The position numbers and the translations under genes are program-made. Below, in pieces: positions 51,519 through 63,257 of a stretch of DNA of 64,000 nucleotides. The stretch is from sequence record CP121101.1; one strand, given 5' to 3'. The notes beneath the pieces are model-generated. The model was given only the letters and a program-made list of their open reading frames with translations, was not told the origin of the DNA and did no database searches. The DNA is from a plasmid. Within the stretch, counting starts at the first letter, position 1. Each line of letters starts with the position of its first letter.

Positions 51519-53202
51519 ATGGCGACGGACACCCCACGGATTCCAGAACAAGGCGTGGCCACTCTGCCTGATGAGGCTTGGGAGCGTGCGCGCCGTCGTG
51601 CGGAGATCATCAGTCCGTTGGCGCAGTCGGAGACGGTCGGGCACGAAGCGGCCGATATGGCGGCTCAGGCGCTGGGCTTGTCTCGGCGCCAGGTATACGT
51701 TCTGATCCGGCGTGCCCGGCAAGGCAGCGGCCTCGTGACGGATCTGGTGCCCGGCCAGTCCGGTGGAGGTAAAGGTAAGGGGCGCTTGCCGGAACCGGTC
51801 GAGCGCGTCATCCACGAGCTACTGCAAAAGCGGTTCCTGACCAAGCAGAAACGCAGCCTAGCGGCCTTTCACCGCGAAGTCACTCAGGTGTGCAAGGCTC
51901 AAAAACTGCGAGTGCCGGCGCGCAATACCGTGGCCTTACGGATCGCTAGCCTTGACCCGCGCAAGGTCATCCGCCGGCGGGAAGGCCAGGATGCCGCTCG
52001 TGACCTACAAGGTGTGGGCGGCGAGCCTCCTGCCGTGACCGCGCCGCTGGAGCAGGTGCAGATAGACCATACGGTCATCGACCTGATCGTGGTCGATGAC
52101 CGCGACCGGCAACCTATTGGCCGCCCGTACCTGACCCTCGCCATCGACGTGTTCACCCGCTGCGTGCTCGGCATGGTCGTCACGCTGGAAGCGCCGTCTG
52201 CCGTTTCGGTTGGCCTGTGCCTCGTGCATGTCGCCTGCGACAAGCGCCCTTGGCTGGAAGGACTGAACGTGGAAATGGATTGGCAGATGAGCGGCAAGCC
52301 CTTGCTGCTCTACCTAGACAACGCGGCCGAGTTCAAGAGCGAGGCCCTGCGCCGGGGTTTGCGAGCAGCATGGCATCCGGCTGGACTATCGCCCGCTGGG
52401 ACAGCCGCACTATGGCGGCATCGTGGAACGGATCATCGGCACGGCGATGCAGATGATTCACGACGAACTGCCGGGAACGACCTTCTCCAACCCTGACCAG
52501 CGCGGCGACTACGATTCCGAAAACAAGGCCGCCCTGACGCTGCGCGAGCTAGAGCGCTGGCTCACATTGGCGGTCGGCACCTACCACGGTTCGGTGCACA
52601 ACGGCCTGCTCCAACCGCCGGCCGCGCGCTGGGCCGAGGCCGTGGCGCGTGTCGGCGTACCGGCCGTCGTCACACGCGCTACTTCGTTCCTGGTCGATTT
52701 TCTGCCGATCCTCCGGCGCACGCTGACCCGCACCGGCTTTGTCATCGACCACATCCACTACTACGCCGATGCGCTCAAGCCGTGGATTGCGCGGCGTGAA
52801 CGCTGGCCGTCCTTTCTGATCCGGCGCGATCCGCGCGACATCAGCCGTATCTGGGTCCTGGAACCGGAGGGACAGCACTACCTGGAAATTCCCTACCGTA
52901 CCTTGTCGCACCCGGCTGTCACCCTCTGGGAACAACGGCAGGCGCTGATGAAATTGCGGCAGCAAGGGCGCGAACAGGTGGATGAGTCGGCGTTGTTCCG
53001 CATGATCGACCAGATGCGCAAAATCGTGACCACCGCGCAGAAGACCACGCGCAAGGCGCGGCGCGACGCAGATCGACGCCAGCATCTCAAGGCAACGGCA
53101 CCGCCTGTCAAAGCCACGCCACCACCGGACGCTGACATGGATGACCAGCAGGCGGACAACCAGCCGCCCGCCAAACCGTTCGACCAGATTGAGGAGTGGT
53201 AG
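51519..53202 (+). pseudogene. tniA: TniA (Tn402 DDE transposase) with a 1-bp insertion frameshift near 52370
   Basis: MATDTPRIPEQGVATLPDEAWERARRRAEIISPL... matches the Tn402 TniA protein as I recall it. It is split into 51483..52496 and 52423..53202, with an extra T in ggtttgcg where I expect GGTTGCG. Confidence 0.85.
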
Positions 53203-54113
53203 CCGTGGAAGAATATCCCATCATCGAGCTGTCCCACCTGCTGCCGGCGGCGCAGGGATTGGCCCGGCTGCCGGCGGACGAGCGCATCCAACGCCTTCGC
53301 GCCGACCGCTGGATCGGCTACCCCCGCGCGGTCGAGGCGCTGAACCGGCTGGAAACCCTGTATGCGTGGCCAAACAAGCAACGCATGCCCAACCTGCTGC
53401 TGGTCGGCCCGACCAACAACGGCAAGTCGATGATCGTCGAGAAGTTCCGGCGCACGCATCTGGCCAGCGCCGATGCCGACCAGGAGCACATCCCGGTGCT
53501 GGTCGTGCAGATGCCGTCCGAGCCGTCTGTGATCCGCTTCTACGTCGCGCTGCTCGCGGCGATGGGTGCGCCATTGCGACCGCGCCCACGACTGCCGGAA
53601 ATGGAGCAACTGGCGCTGGCACTGCTGCGCAAGGTCGGCGTGCGCATTTTGGTGATCGACGAGTTGCACAACGTCCTGGCTGGTAACAGCGTCAACCGCC
53701 GGGAATTCCTCAATCTGCTGCGCTTCCTCGGCAACGAACTGCGCATCCCACTGGTCGGGGTTGGCACGCGCGACGCCTATCTGGCCATCCGCTCGGATGA
53801 CCAGTTGGAAAACCGCTTCGAGCCGATGATGCTGCCGCTGTGGGAGGCCAACGACGATTGCTGCTCACTGCTGGCCAGCTTCGCCGCTTCGCTTCCTCTG
53901 CGGCGACCCTCGTCGATTGCCACGCTGGACATGGCCCGCTACCTGCTCACACGCAGCGAGGGCACCATAGGCGAACTGGCGCACTTGCTGATGGCAGCGG
54001 CCATCGTCGCCGTGGAGAGCTGCGAGGAAGCGATCAACCATCGCACGCTCAGCATGGCCGATTACACCGGTCCCAGCGAGCGGCGGCGGCAATTCGAGCG
54101 GGAACTGATGTGA
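53196..54113 (+). CDS. tniB: TniB transposition ATPase
   Basis: Walker A GPTNNGKS, in the Tn402 context. Confidence 0.85.
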   Translation: MVAVEEYPIIELSHLLPAAQGLARLPADERIQRLRADRWIGYPRAVEALNRLETLYAWPNKQRMPNLLLVGPTNNGKSMIVEKFRRTHLASADADQEHIPVLVVQMPSEPSVIRFYVALLAAMGAPLRPRPRLPEMEQLALALLRKVGVRILVIDELHNVLAGNSVNRREFLNLLRFLGNELRIPLVGVGTRDAYLAIRSDDQLENRFEPMMLPLWEANDDCCSLLASFAASLPLRRPSSIATLDMARYLLTRSEGTIGELAHLLMAAAIVAVESCEEAINHRTLSMADYTGPSERRRQFERELM

Positions 54114-55333
54114 AGCCAGCGCCACGCTGGCCACTGCATCCGGCTCCCAGGGAAGGCGAAGCCGAAGCCTTGTCTTCGTGGCTCAACCGCGTGGCCCTTT
54201 GCTATCACATGGAGGTGTCCGAGCTGCTGGAGCACGATCTTGGTCACGGTCAGGTTGATGACCTGGACACCGCGCCACCACTGGCGCTGCTGGAGATGCT
54301 CTCCCTGCGGAGCGGCATCGAGCCGGATCGGCTGCGTTGCATGAGTTTCGCCGGCTGGGTGCCTTGGCTACTGGACAGTCTTGATGATCAGATTCCAGAT
54401 GCATTGGAAACCTATGCGTTCCAGCTCTCGGTGCTGCTGCCGAAACTCCGCCGTAGGACGCGATCCATCACGAGCTGGCGTGCCTGGCTGCCCAGCCAGC
54501 CGATACATCGCGCCTGTCCGCTCTGTCTGAACGACCCGGCAAACCAAGCCGTACTGCTTGCATGGAAGCTGCCCCTGATGCTGAGCTGCCCGCTGCATGG
54601 CTGCTGGCTGGAATCCTATTGGGGCGTGCCAGGGCGGTTTCTCGGCTGGGAGAACGCCGACGCCGAACCGCGCACCGCCAGCGACGCGATTGCGGCGATG
54701 GACCAGCGTACCTGGCAGGCACTGACAACCGGTCACGTGGAGCTGCCGCGCCGACGCATCCACGCTGGATTGTGGTTTCGGCTGCTACGCACGCTGCTCG
54801 ATGAGCTGAACACCCCGCTTTCGGCGTGCGGAACCTACGCGGGGTATCTCCGCCAAGTCTGGCAAGGCTGCGGGCATCCGCTGCGTGCTGGGCAAAGTCT
54901 GTGGCGACCGTATGAAACCCTGAACCCGGCAGTACGGTTGCAGATGCTGGAGGCAGCGGCAGCGGCAATCAGCTTGATTGAGGTGAGGGATATAAGCCCG
55001 CCAGGCGAGCATGCAAAGCTGTTCTGGTCCGAGCCCCAAACCGGGTTCACCAGTGGTCTGCCGGCGAAAGCGCCGAAGCCCGAACCCGTCAATCACTGGC
55101 AACGGGCGGTCCAAGCTATCAGTGAGGCGATCATTGAAGCGCGGCACAACCCCGAGACGGCGCGCTCGCTGTTCGCCTTGGCTTCCTATGGTCGGCGCGA
55201 CCCAGCTTCCCTGGAACAGTTGCGAGCCACCTTTGCAAAGGAAGGCATCCCCCCGGAATTTCTGTCACATTACGAGCCTGATGGACCCTTTGCATGTCTT
55301 AGACAGAATGACGGGTTAAGTGACAAATTTTGA
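54110..55333 (+). CDS. tniQ: TniQ
   Basis: GTG start overlapping the tniB stop (ATGTGA). The product VKPAPRWPLHPAPREGEAEALSSW... matches the Tn402 TniQ as I recall it. Confidence 0.8.
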   Translation: MKPAPRWPLHPAPREGEAEALSSWLNRVALCYHMEVSELLEHDLGHGQVDDLDTAPPLALLEMLSLRSGIEPDRLRCMSFAGWVPWLLDSLDDQIPDALETYAFQLSVLLPKLRRRTRSITSWRAWLPSQPIHRACPLCLNDPANQAVLLAWKLPLMLSCPLHGCWLESYWGVPGRFLGWENADAEPRTASDAIAAMDQRTWQALTTGHVELPRRRIHAGLWFRLLRTLLDELNTPLSACGTYAGYLRQVWQGCGHPLRAGQSLWRPYETLNPAVRLQMLEAAAAAISLIEVRDISPPGEHAKLFWSEPQTGFTSGLPAKAPKPEPVNHWQRAVQAISEAIIEARHNPETARSLFALASYGRRDPASLEQLRATFAKEGIPPEFLSHYEPDGPFACLRQNDGLSDKF

Positions 55334-55379
55334 CGGCCAGAATTTTCCGGCGCACACTGTCACATAATCGAACGTATAC

Positions 55380-56018
55380 GTGACGGGTGAAAAGGTGCTG
55401 ATCGGCTACATGCGGGTATCGAAGGCGGACGGATCCCAGTCCACCAATTTGCAACGCGATGCGCTCATCGCCGCTGGTGTGAGCCTTGCGCACCTTTACG
55501 AGGATCTGGCCTCGGGCAGGCGCGATGATCGCCCAGGGTTGGCTGCTTGCCTGAAGGCGCTTCGTGAAGGGGACACGCTGATCGTGTGGAAGCTCGATCG
55601 GCTTGGCCGTGATCTGCGCCACCTGATCAACACCGTGCACGACCTAACTGCGCGTAGCGTGGGCCTGAAGGTCCTGACCGGTCACGGTGCGGCGGTCGAC
55701 ACGACGACTGCCGCCGGCAAGCTTGTGTTCGGTATTTTTGCCGCGCTGGCCGAGTTCGAGCGTGAGTTGATTTCCGAGCGAACAGTCGCTGGACTTATCT
55801 CGGCGCGCGCTCGCGGCAGGAAAGGGGGGCGCCCCTTCAAGATGACCGCCGCCAAGCTACGCCTGGCGATGGCCAGCATGGGGCAACCGGAAACCAAGGT
55901 GGGCGATCTCTGCGAAGAACTCGGGATTACCCGGCAGACGCTCTACCGGCACGTGTCGCCCAAGGGCGAACTGCGGCCAGACGGCGTAAAGCTGCTCTCC
56001 CTCGGTTCAGCCGCATAA
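55380..56018 (+). CDS. tniR: TniR (TniC) serine resolvase
   Basis: Resolvase domain and HTH, last gene of the tni module. Confidence 0.8.
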   Translation: MTGEKVLIGYMRVSKADGSQSTNLQRDALIAAGVSLAHLYEDLASGRRDDRPGLAACLKALREGDTLIVWKLDRLGRDLRHLINTVHDLTARSVGLKVLTGHGAAVDTTTAAGKLVFGIFAALAEFERELISERTVAGLISARARGRKGGRPFKMTAAKLRLAMASMGQPETKVGDLCEELGITRQTLYRHVSPKGELRPDGVKLLSLGSAA

Positions 56019-56180
56019 ATGGAGGCGACCTGGAACGGGGCGCTGTTCAGTGCGGCAACGATCCGATTACCGGTGTCGACCCAGAGCAGCCGTAGAGCTT
56101 TTGGGAAAGCTGTCGTTCAACGTTTGACATGAGGGGCGGCCAAGGGCGCCAGCCCTTGGACGTCCCCCTCGATGGAAGGG

Positions 56181-56735
56181 TTAGGCATCACTGCGTGTTC
56201 GCTCGAATGCCTGGCGTGTTTGAACCATGTACACGGCTGGACCATCTGGGGTGGTTACGGTACCTTGCCTCTCAAACCCCGCTTTCTCGTAGCATCGGAT
56301 CGCTCGCAAGTTGCTCGGCGACGGGTCCGTTTGGATCTTGGTGACCTCGGGATCATTGAACAGCAACTCAACCAGTGCTCGAACCAGCTTGGTTCCCAAG
56401 CCTTTGCCCAGTTGTGATGCATTCGCCAGTGACTGGTCTATTCCGCGTACTCCTGGATCGGTTTCTTCTTCCCACCATCCGTCCCCGCTTCCAAGAGCAA
56501 CGTACGACTGGGCATACCCAATCGGCTCTCCATTCAGCATTGCAATGTATGGAGTGACGGACTCTTGCGCTAAAACGCTTGGCAAGTACTGTTCCTGTAC
56601 GTCAGCAAGTGTCGGGCGTGCTTCTTCTCCGCCCCACCACTCGACGATATGAGATCGATTTAGCCACTCATAGAGCATCGCAAGGTCATGCTCAGTCATG
56701 AGGCGCAGTGTGACGGAATCGTTGCTGTTGGTCAC
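56181..56735 (-). CDS. aac(6')-Ib: aminoglycoside 6'-N-acetyltransferase AAC(6')-Ib gene cassette (not the -cr variant: W102 and D179 are present)
   Basis: [36 protein letters not shown]... spans the full protein, with GDGWWEEE and [10 protein letters not shown]. Confidence 0.85.
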   Translation of the reverse strand: MTNSNDSVTLRLMTEHDLAMLYEWLNRSHIVEWWGGEEARPTLADVQEQYLPSVLAQESVTPYIAMLNGEPIGYAQSYVALGSGDGWWEEETDPGVRGIDQSLANASQLGKGLGTKLVRALVELLFNDPEVTKIQTDPSPSNLRAIRCYEKAGFERQGTVTTPDGPAVYMVQTRQAFERTRSDA

Positions 56736-56832
56736 GATGCTGTACTTTGTGATGCCTAACGCCCGAAATAACCGGCGTGCGCTAGCACGTCCGGCGCCGC
56801 AGGCGCGTAGTTAATTGACTTGTTATGTTTGC

Positions 56833-57228
56833 TTATAGCCATACTAACCCTTGAGGTTTAGACTTCAACGATTCCAAACGACTTTGTAGGCTACCGCTAT
56901 GGATTTCCAATTTATGGCCGTCAGGATCGAGCAAGTATAAAGAAAGTCCTTCGCTTCTATTTTGTTTCCATTCAACGACATGTGCTTCGCGAAGCTTTTT
57001 AGTAACTGGTTCGAAATTCTCTTCGGAAACATCAAACGCGATGTGACAGTAATCTTGGCTCGGATGCACTTCGTCACAAGACAAGCAAATCCAAGTAGCC
57101 TCCAAGCTCAGATATGCCCCACTATCCCAGCGGACATGTGCCTTCATTCCTAATAGACGCGTATAGAACTCCACGGAACGTTCAAGGTCACTTACTGCAA
57201 TAGTAATATGATTCAATCCTCGTAACAC
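56833..57228 (-). CDS. FosA-family fosfomycin glutathione transferase gene cassette (FosC2-like)
   Basis: MLRGLNHITIAVSDLERSVEFY...LDPDGHKLEIHSGSL is the VOC/FosA fold. It is the first cassette next to attI1. Confidence 0.7.
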   Translation of the reverse strand: MLRGLNHITIAVSDLERSVEFYTRLLGMKAHVRWDSGAYLSLEATWICLSCDEVHPSQDYCHIAFDVSEENFEPVTKKLREAHVVEWKQNRSEGLSLYLLDPDGHKLEIHSGSLQSRLESLKSKPQGLVWL

Positions 57229-57320
57229 TGACTCTCCTCAGCGAACATAACTTTGTTTTAGGGCGACTGCCCTGCTGCGTAACATCGTTGCTGCTCCATA
57301 ACATCAAACATCGACCCACG
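57229..57320 (-). promoter_or_regulatory. attI1 recombination site region (crossover GTT at the first cassette boundary)
   Basis: The reverse complement reads ...GCCCTAAAACAAAGTTATGTTCGC..., the typical attI1 3' end. Confidence 0.5.
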
Positions 57321-57386
57321 GCGTAACGCGCTTGCTGCTTGGATGCCCGAGGCATAGACTGTACAAAAAAACAGTCATAACAAGCC

Positions 57387-58400
57387 ATGAAAACCGCCAC
57401 TGCGCCGTTACCACCGCTGCGTTCGGTCAAGGTTCTGGACCAGTTGCGTGAGCGCATACGCTACTTGCATTACAGTTTACGAACCGAACAGGCTTATGTC
57501 CACTGGGTTCGTGCCTTCATCCGTTTCCACGGTGTGCGTCACCCGGCAACCTTGGGCAGCAGCGAAGTCGAGGCATTTCTGTCCTGGCTGGCGAACGAGC
57601 GCAAGGTTTCGGTCTCCACGCATCGTCAGGCATTGGCGGCCTTGCTGTTCTTCTACGGCAAGGTGCTGTGCACGGATCTGCCCTGGCTTCAGGAGATCGG
57701 AAGACCTCGGCCGTCGCGGCGCTTGCCGGTGGTGCTGACCCCGGATGAAGTGGTTCGCATCCTCGGTTTTCTGGAAGGCGAGCATCGTTTGTTCGCCCAG
57801 CTTCTGTATGGAACGGGCATGCGGATCAGTGAGGGTTTGCAACTGCGGGTCAAGGATCTGGATTTCGATCACGGCACGATCATCGTGCGGGAGGGCAAGG
57901 GCTCCAAGGATCGGGCCTTGATGTTACCCGAGAGCTTGGCACCCAGCCTGCGCGAGCAGCTGTCGCGTGCACGGGCATGGTGGCTGAAGGACCAGGCCGA
58001 GGGCCGCAGCGGCGTTGCGCTTCCCGACGCCCTTGAGCGGAAGTATCCGCGCGCCGGGCATTCCTGGCCGTGGTTCTGGGTTTTTGCGCAGCACACGCAT
58101 TCGACCGATCCACGGAGCGGTGTCGTGCGTCGCCATCACATGTATGACCAGACCTTTCAGCGCGCCTTCAAACGTGCCGTAGAACAAGCAGGCATCACGA
58201 AGCCCGCCACACCGCACACCCTCCGCCACTCGTTCGCGACGGCCTTGCTCCGCAGCGGTTACGACATTCGAACCGTGCAGGATCTGCTCGGCCATTCCGA
58301 CGTCTCTACGACGATGATTTACACGCATGTGCTGAAAGTTGGCGGTGCCGGAGTGCGCTCACCGCTTGATGCGCTGCCGCCCCTCACTAGTGAGAGGTAG
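57387..58400 (+). CDS. intI1: class 1 integron integrase IntI1
   Basis: [30 protein letters not shown]...; 337 aa. Confidence 0.9.
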
Positions 58401-58711
58401 GGCAGCGCAAGTCAATCCTGGCGGATTCACTACCCCTGCGCGAAGGCCATCGGTGCCGCATCGAACGGCCGGTTGCGGAAAGTCCTCCCTGCGTCCGCTG
58501 ATGGCCGGCAGCAGCCCGTCGTTGCCTGATGGATCCAACCCCTCCGCTGCTATAGTGCAGTCGGCTTCTGACGTTCAGTGCAGCCGTCTTCTGAAAACGA
58601 CAGCAACCCTGAAAAAAATTCTCAAAAAACCGTTCAGTTAACTGGTTGATGAAATCAGCGTTCAGAACCATACTCTTTCATTCAATTAAATGAACGATTC
58701 AGGGTTATCTG

Positions 58712-59302
58712 ATGATTTTTGGGTACTGCCGGATCAGCACCAAAGGGCAAAGTTTTGACCTGCAGGAAGACGCGCTCAAAAACGCCGGTTGTGAACGTGT
58801 TTTTAGAGATATCGCTTCCGGCGCAAAAACCAAAAGACCTGGCCTTGATGATTTACTTGGTCAGCTCAGAGCTGGCGACATCATCGTGGTATATAAACTG
58901 GACCGGCTCGGACGGTCGTTACAGCATTTGGTGCATTTGATGAACCAATTGACCGAACAGCAGATTGGCCTTCGCAGTCTTAACGACCCAGTGGATACCA
59001 CCACGCCACAAGGGCGTCTCATCACGAATGTGTTTGCCTCCATCGCTGAATTTGAACGGGATTTGATTAGGGAGCGCACAAAAGCAGGATTGGCTTCGGC
59101 TCGGGCACGCGGACGCAACGGAGGGCGACCAGCAGGACTTAGCAAAGACGCCCAAAATGTGGCAATAGCGGCAGAAGCATTATACAAGCAAGGCAGTCTC
59201 AGTGCGCAGCAAATTGCCGCACAGCTCAATATCTCCAAGACCACTCTTTATAAATACCTACGACTTCAGGGAGTTGGTATTGGCAGTGTTGGGCTCAGGT
59301 GA
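58712..59302 (+). CDS. serine recombinase (resolvase), likely the res site targeted by the Tn402-like element
   Basis: Resolvase N-terminal domain (CRISTKGQ) and HTH. Lies immediately outside IRi. Confidence 0.7.
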   Translation: MIFGYCRISTKGQSFDLQEDALKNAGCERVFRDIASGAKTKRPGLDDLLGQLRAGDIIVVYKLDRLGRSLQHLVHLMNQLTEQQIGLRSLNDPVDTTTPQGRLITNVFASIAEFERDLIRERTKAGLASARARGRNGGRPAGLSKDAQNVAIAAEALYKQGSLSAQQIAAQLNISKTTLYKYLRLQGVGIGSVGLR

Positions 59303-59306
59303 TGCC

Positions 59307-60640
59307 ATGAACTCAGCGAAGCGCGGCATTGCACAGGAAGTTTTGATTGATCTCTACCATCGATTGGAAGGCTTACCGCCGCGCTGTGCTCAGCGACGTG
59401 ACATCATTGCACAGGCCACAGCCCTCTACGGCATTTCAGAAAGTTCCTTGTACCGACACTTACGCAATTTGTACCAGCCAAAATCCATCCGCCGCAGCGA
59501 TGCGGGTAAACCCAGAGCCATTCCGCAGGCTGAACTGGAACAGTATTGCGAAATCATTGCGGCGCTGAAGATCCGTACGATGAATAAAAATGGCCGTCAT
59601 CTTTCAACAGCCAATGCGATTGCACTGCTGGAGCGCACAGGTGTTGGCTCGGATTATGGGTTCATCAAAGTGCCGGTTGGACGATTGAACAAAGCAACCG
59701 TCAATCGTTACCTGCAGCAATGGGGTTTTAATCCGAAACAAGTACTCAGAGATACGCCTGCGGTCCGGTTCCAAGCCACATATAGCAATGAATGCTGGCA
59801 ATTCGATCTAAGCCCATCTGATTTGAAGCATGTGCAGGAACCGCTCTGGTTTGATCCACAAAAAGGCAGGCCGCTGCTGATGCTCTACAGCGTGGTCGAT
59901 GACCGCAGCGGGGTTTGCTATCAGGAATATCGGAACGTCTATGGCGAGGATACGCCAGCGGCCTTACTGTTTTTGTTCAATGCCATGAGTGCGAAGTCTG
60001 ACAGCGAGTTTCCATTCCGTGGTATCCCGAAAACCATCTATCTGGATAATGGTCCCATCGCTAAAAGCCGTGTATTTCGCAATGTCATGGTATTTTTGGG
60101 CGTTGAGCTGAAAGTCCATGAACCTGCAAGCGCCACTGACAGGCGCAAAACTGCCCGTTCAAAAGGCAAAGTCGAGCGAGCCTTTCGGACAGTCAAAGAA
60201 TGCCATGAAGTGCTCTATCACCTGCGGGAACCCAAAAATGAGGTCGAAGCCAATGACATGCTGCGGGAATACCTAAAGCAATATAACGACCACTCGCACC
60301 GTTTAGAGACTCATTCCCGCATGGAGGACTGGCAACTCAATATTCCGCCTCTTCTGGTATTCAAAGCATGTGCAGCTGGGAGCGATTTTGTGCATTTGCC
60401 AGAGAACCGGAGCAACGTACTGTCGGCATTGATGCCAGGATCAGCGTCGATGGCACCGTTTATGAAATCAGTCCGGAACTTGCCGGTGAACGGGTTGTAC
60501 TCTGGTGGGGGCTGTTTGACGACGAACTATTTGTTGAACATGAAGGCAAGCGGTACGGAGCATATCTTCCAGTCAGCGGTCCTATTCCTCTCTACCGGTA
60601 CCGGAAATTTAAAAAGACTCAGGCTGAGAAAAAAAATTAG
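59307..60640 (+). pseudogene. Mu/TnsB/TniA-type DDE transposase (Tn552/Tn5053 superfamily), frameshifted near 60380
   Basis: rve core ...ECWQFDLSPSD...LDNGPIAKSR... The C-terminus continues in 60368..60640 (VDGTVYEI...VVLWW). Confidence 0.55.
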
Positions 60641-60654
60641 ATAAATTAGAAACT

Positions 60655-60891
60655 TTGGCAAAGTCGCTGAGCTTGCGGGATATTGGGGACGAGCAAAATG
60701 TGGCCATCCTCAAAACGATGCTTAAAACCGTGAATGTTATTGCGGATAAACCGTTTGCAGACCCTGATCCTTATAACGACCTGAGCTACTCAAGTGTACT
60801 CAAAGCAAAGCTCGCCATCGCAGACTATCTCGGTAAGCCACTGGCGCTGTTGCCAAACAGATCGGGACTTTATAGAAGCCATTTTGGATGA
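60655..60891 (+). CDS. hypothetical protein
   Basis: ORF only. Confidence 0.2.
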   Translation: MAKSLSLRDIGDEQNVAILKTMLKTVNVIADKPFADPDPYNDLSYSSVLKAKLAIADYLGKPLALLPNRSGLYRSHFG

Positions 60892-60959
60892 AACATTGGA
60901 AAAATCCGTTGTCATGGCACGACTGAAATCGTACTTCCATCCAAAAGGAGATAGCACTC

Positions 60960-61865
60960 ATGCAACTTGAAGTCATGGAGCACTACGGCATTATTAAGTA
61001 TTTTCGGGACGCGGACTATTTCGAAACTGAGCACCAGCGGCGGATCTTTAATCAGCTCAAAAAGGTGATCCCTGAGGGGCAGCTGATTGCATTATCCGGT
61101 GTAGTCGGCAGCGGTAAAACCACGACATTATCACGACTGCAAGACTTACTGGCGAAAGAGAAAAAAGTCATTGTTGCAAAATCGTTGTCTGTCGAGAAGA
61201 CAAAGACCAATCTTGGAACGCTGATCACCGCTCTGTTTTATGATGTCAGCGGAGATAAAGACTATCGGGTACCCAAACTCGGCGAGAAGCGGGAACGTGA
61301 ATTACGCGACTTAATTCAGGATGTCAAAAAGCCAGTGGTGCTGTTAGTGGCGAAGCCCATGATTTGCATCATCGTACGCTGACGGGATTAAAACGGTTGA
61401 TGGAAGTGATCAGAGACGGTGGTGGCAAACTGTCAATTTTATTAGCCGGTCATCCAAAGCTAAAAAATGACTTAAAAGGCCCAACGATGGAAGAAGTAGG
61501 TTATCGGACCATTGTCGTGTCATTAGATGCTATGCAGGGCAACTTGCGCGAGTACGTGTACTGGCTGCTGGACAATTGCACAGATGATAAAACCAAACCC
61601 ACAGATGTCATCGAGGAACAGGCCATCGACTACCTGGTAGAGCGATTGACGACACCATTGCAAATTGAGCAACACTTATCGCTGGCATTGGAAGAAGGTT
61701 TTAATGTGGGTGTGAAACCTATCACGGTTGACGTGTTGGATTTAACCCTGTCCAGACGGATCAATGATATAGAGCCACGTCTTATCCGGCATGGCTACAG
61801 CGAAAAAGTACTGGTGGATCAGTTTCATTACAAACCGGCTGAGCTTCGCTTAAATTTTTTTTTAA
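60960..61865 (+). pseudogene. TniB/TnsC-like AAA+ transposition ATPase, frameshifted near 61370; ends near a T10 run
   Basis: Walker A LSGVVGSGKTT. Reading continues in 61364.. (HHRTLTGLKRLMEV...). T10 homopolymer at 61852. Confidence 0.5.
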
Positions 61866-61944
61866 AGGTGAGTTGGATGCTAATCGGGTCAAAGAAATTA
61901 CGCAGGACTTGCGGGAAGCTGGGCTGCCCATTTAAAGGAACTTT

Positions 61945-62286
61945 ATGTCTGAAAAGATACAGTGGCAGCCGATTAGCATGCTGCCTTTACTTGTTCAAAT
62001 GGTTGAGGAAGTGCACAGCAGTACCCAACAGCAGACCCTCAACCTGGAGAAAGCAAAGGGTAATCCATTTTTGTTTTCGGCCTGTGAGCTAATCAGAACG
62101 GAAAGAGCTTACCAGGAACAGCTGGGTTCGCTGAGTTTATTTCAGCAGCAATGTGAGCGGTGGCTTGCAGAAGACATTCAACCTGAAAACGAAGTGATGG
62201 TCATGGATACGCTGGAGAGACTGTTAGAAATGGACATTATGACGAAAACCGTACTTACGCAACTCAAGTCATTTGTTGGTACCTAA
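61945..62286 (+). CDS. hypothetical protein of the transposition module
   Basis: ORF only. Confidence 0.3.
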   Translation: MSEKIQWQPISMLPLLVQMVEEVHSSTQQQTLNLEKAKGNPFLFSACELIRTERAYQEQLGSLSLFQQQCERWLAEDIQPENEVMVMDTLERLLEMDIMTKTVLTQLKSFVGT

Positions 62287-62436
62287 TGTGAGCCTAGCTA
62301 GATGAATTCAAGCCCGATGGCACAGCGGCAAATCTCATTGGCACTGATTGTGAGCCGAGCACTTGGCTTATTATCAATTAATCTGAGTCGGGAAAACCGG
62401 ATGTAATCAAGCTTGCGGGATTATGTTTGCGAGCCA

Positions 62437-63257
62437 CTACAGGTAGCTATTCATTCGTTCAAGAAAATTCAGCAAGCGCAGCAGCAAGGGGGTCAGGAAG
62501 GAAGCGGACATGCTCACCCCGGCCATCGCCATCATCAGCCGGGTGTACTGCTCGGGAGACAGGCCGAACGTGGTCATCAGGACGAGGGGCGAGACGCTCA
62601 CATAGACCAGGATGGCGGTCACGCTGGCGCTGGTCAGCAAGGCGCGCTGCATGAAGGGGGCCATGCCCAGCAGGGCCAGCGGCGATGCTCCCGCAGGCTG
62701 GCGGGCGGGGCGGGTCTCCTTGAGCAGTCGCAGGTTGACCAGGGCACTGATGGCGGCCACCAGCGCCATGCCCACGAAGATGCCGCGCCACTCGAAGTGC
62801 GACAGGATGAGATAACCGAGTACGGGAGCCAGCACCGAATGATGACGCAGATCACGCCATTGATGAGGGAGAGGGCCATCGCGAGGCGCGCCTGGCTCAG
62901 CACATCCCGCAGCACGGTGAAGGTCATGATGTAGAGCGCTCCAGCGCCCACCCCTTGCCAGAAACGCCCCAGATAAAACTGGGCGATGCCGGTTGCCTCC
63001 GCCGCCACCAGGGAGGCGACCACGAAGATGAGGGCGCCCCCCAGCACCACGGGGCGCCTGCCATGGCGATCCGCCAGCATGCCCCCCGGCAGCACGGTAG
63101 CCGCCATGCCCAGCAGATAGATGGAAAAAGCGGTGTGGATCTGCGCCTCGCTCCCCTGCAGGGTTTGCGCAATGCGGGGGACGGCCACCAGATAGAGATC
63201 GATCCCGAGGGGATAGAGGATGATCATCAGAAAAGTACACAGCAGAAACATACCCAT
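62437..63257 (-). pseudogene. MFS-type efflux transporter, frameshifted and probably truncated (about 270 aa)
   Basis: MFS N-terminal motifs GMLADRHGRRPVVLGG. Two overlapping minus-strand ORFs in different frames. Confidence 0.5.

Larger units (their letters stand above)
51378..58602 (+). mobile_element. Tn402/Tn5053-like class 1 integron-transposon with complete tni module (IRt ... IRi), no 3'-CS
   Basis: IRt TGTCATTTTCAGAAGACGACTGCAC at 51378..51402. IRi GTGCAGCCGTCTTCTGAAAACGACA at 58578..58602. tniABQR, the cassettes and intI1 lie between. Confidence 0.85.

Noticed and set aside
53141-55147. Long antisense and alternative-frame ORFs inside tniA, tniB and tniQ.
   Set aside because: These are high-GC artefacts opposite well-known Tn402 genes.
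58555-58577. A second IRi copy immediately inside IRi.
   Set aside because: Tn402 ends normally contain several repeated TniA-binding sites, so this is probably part of the normal end architecture.
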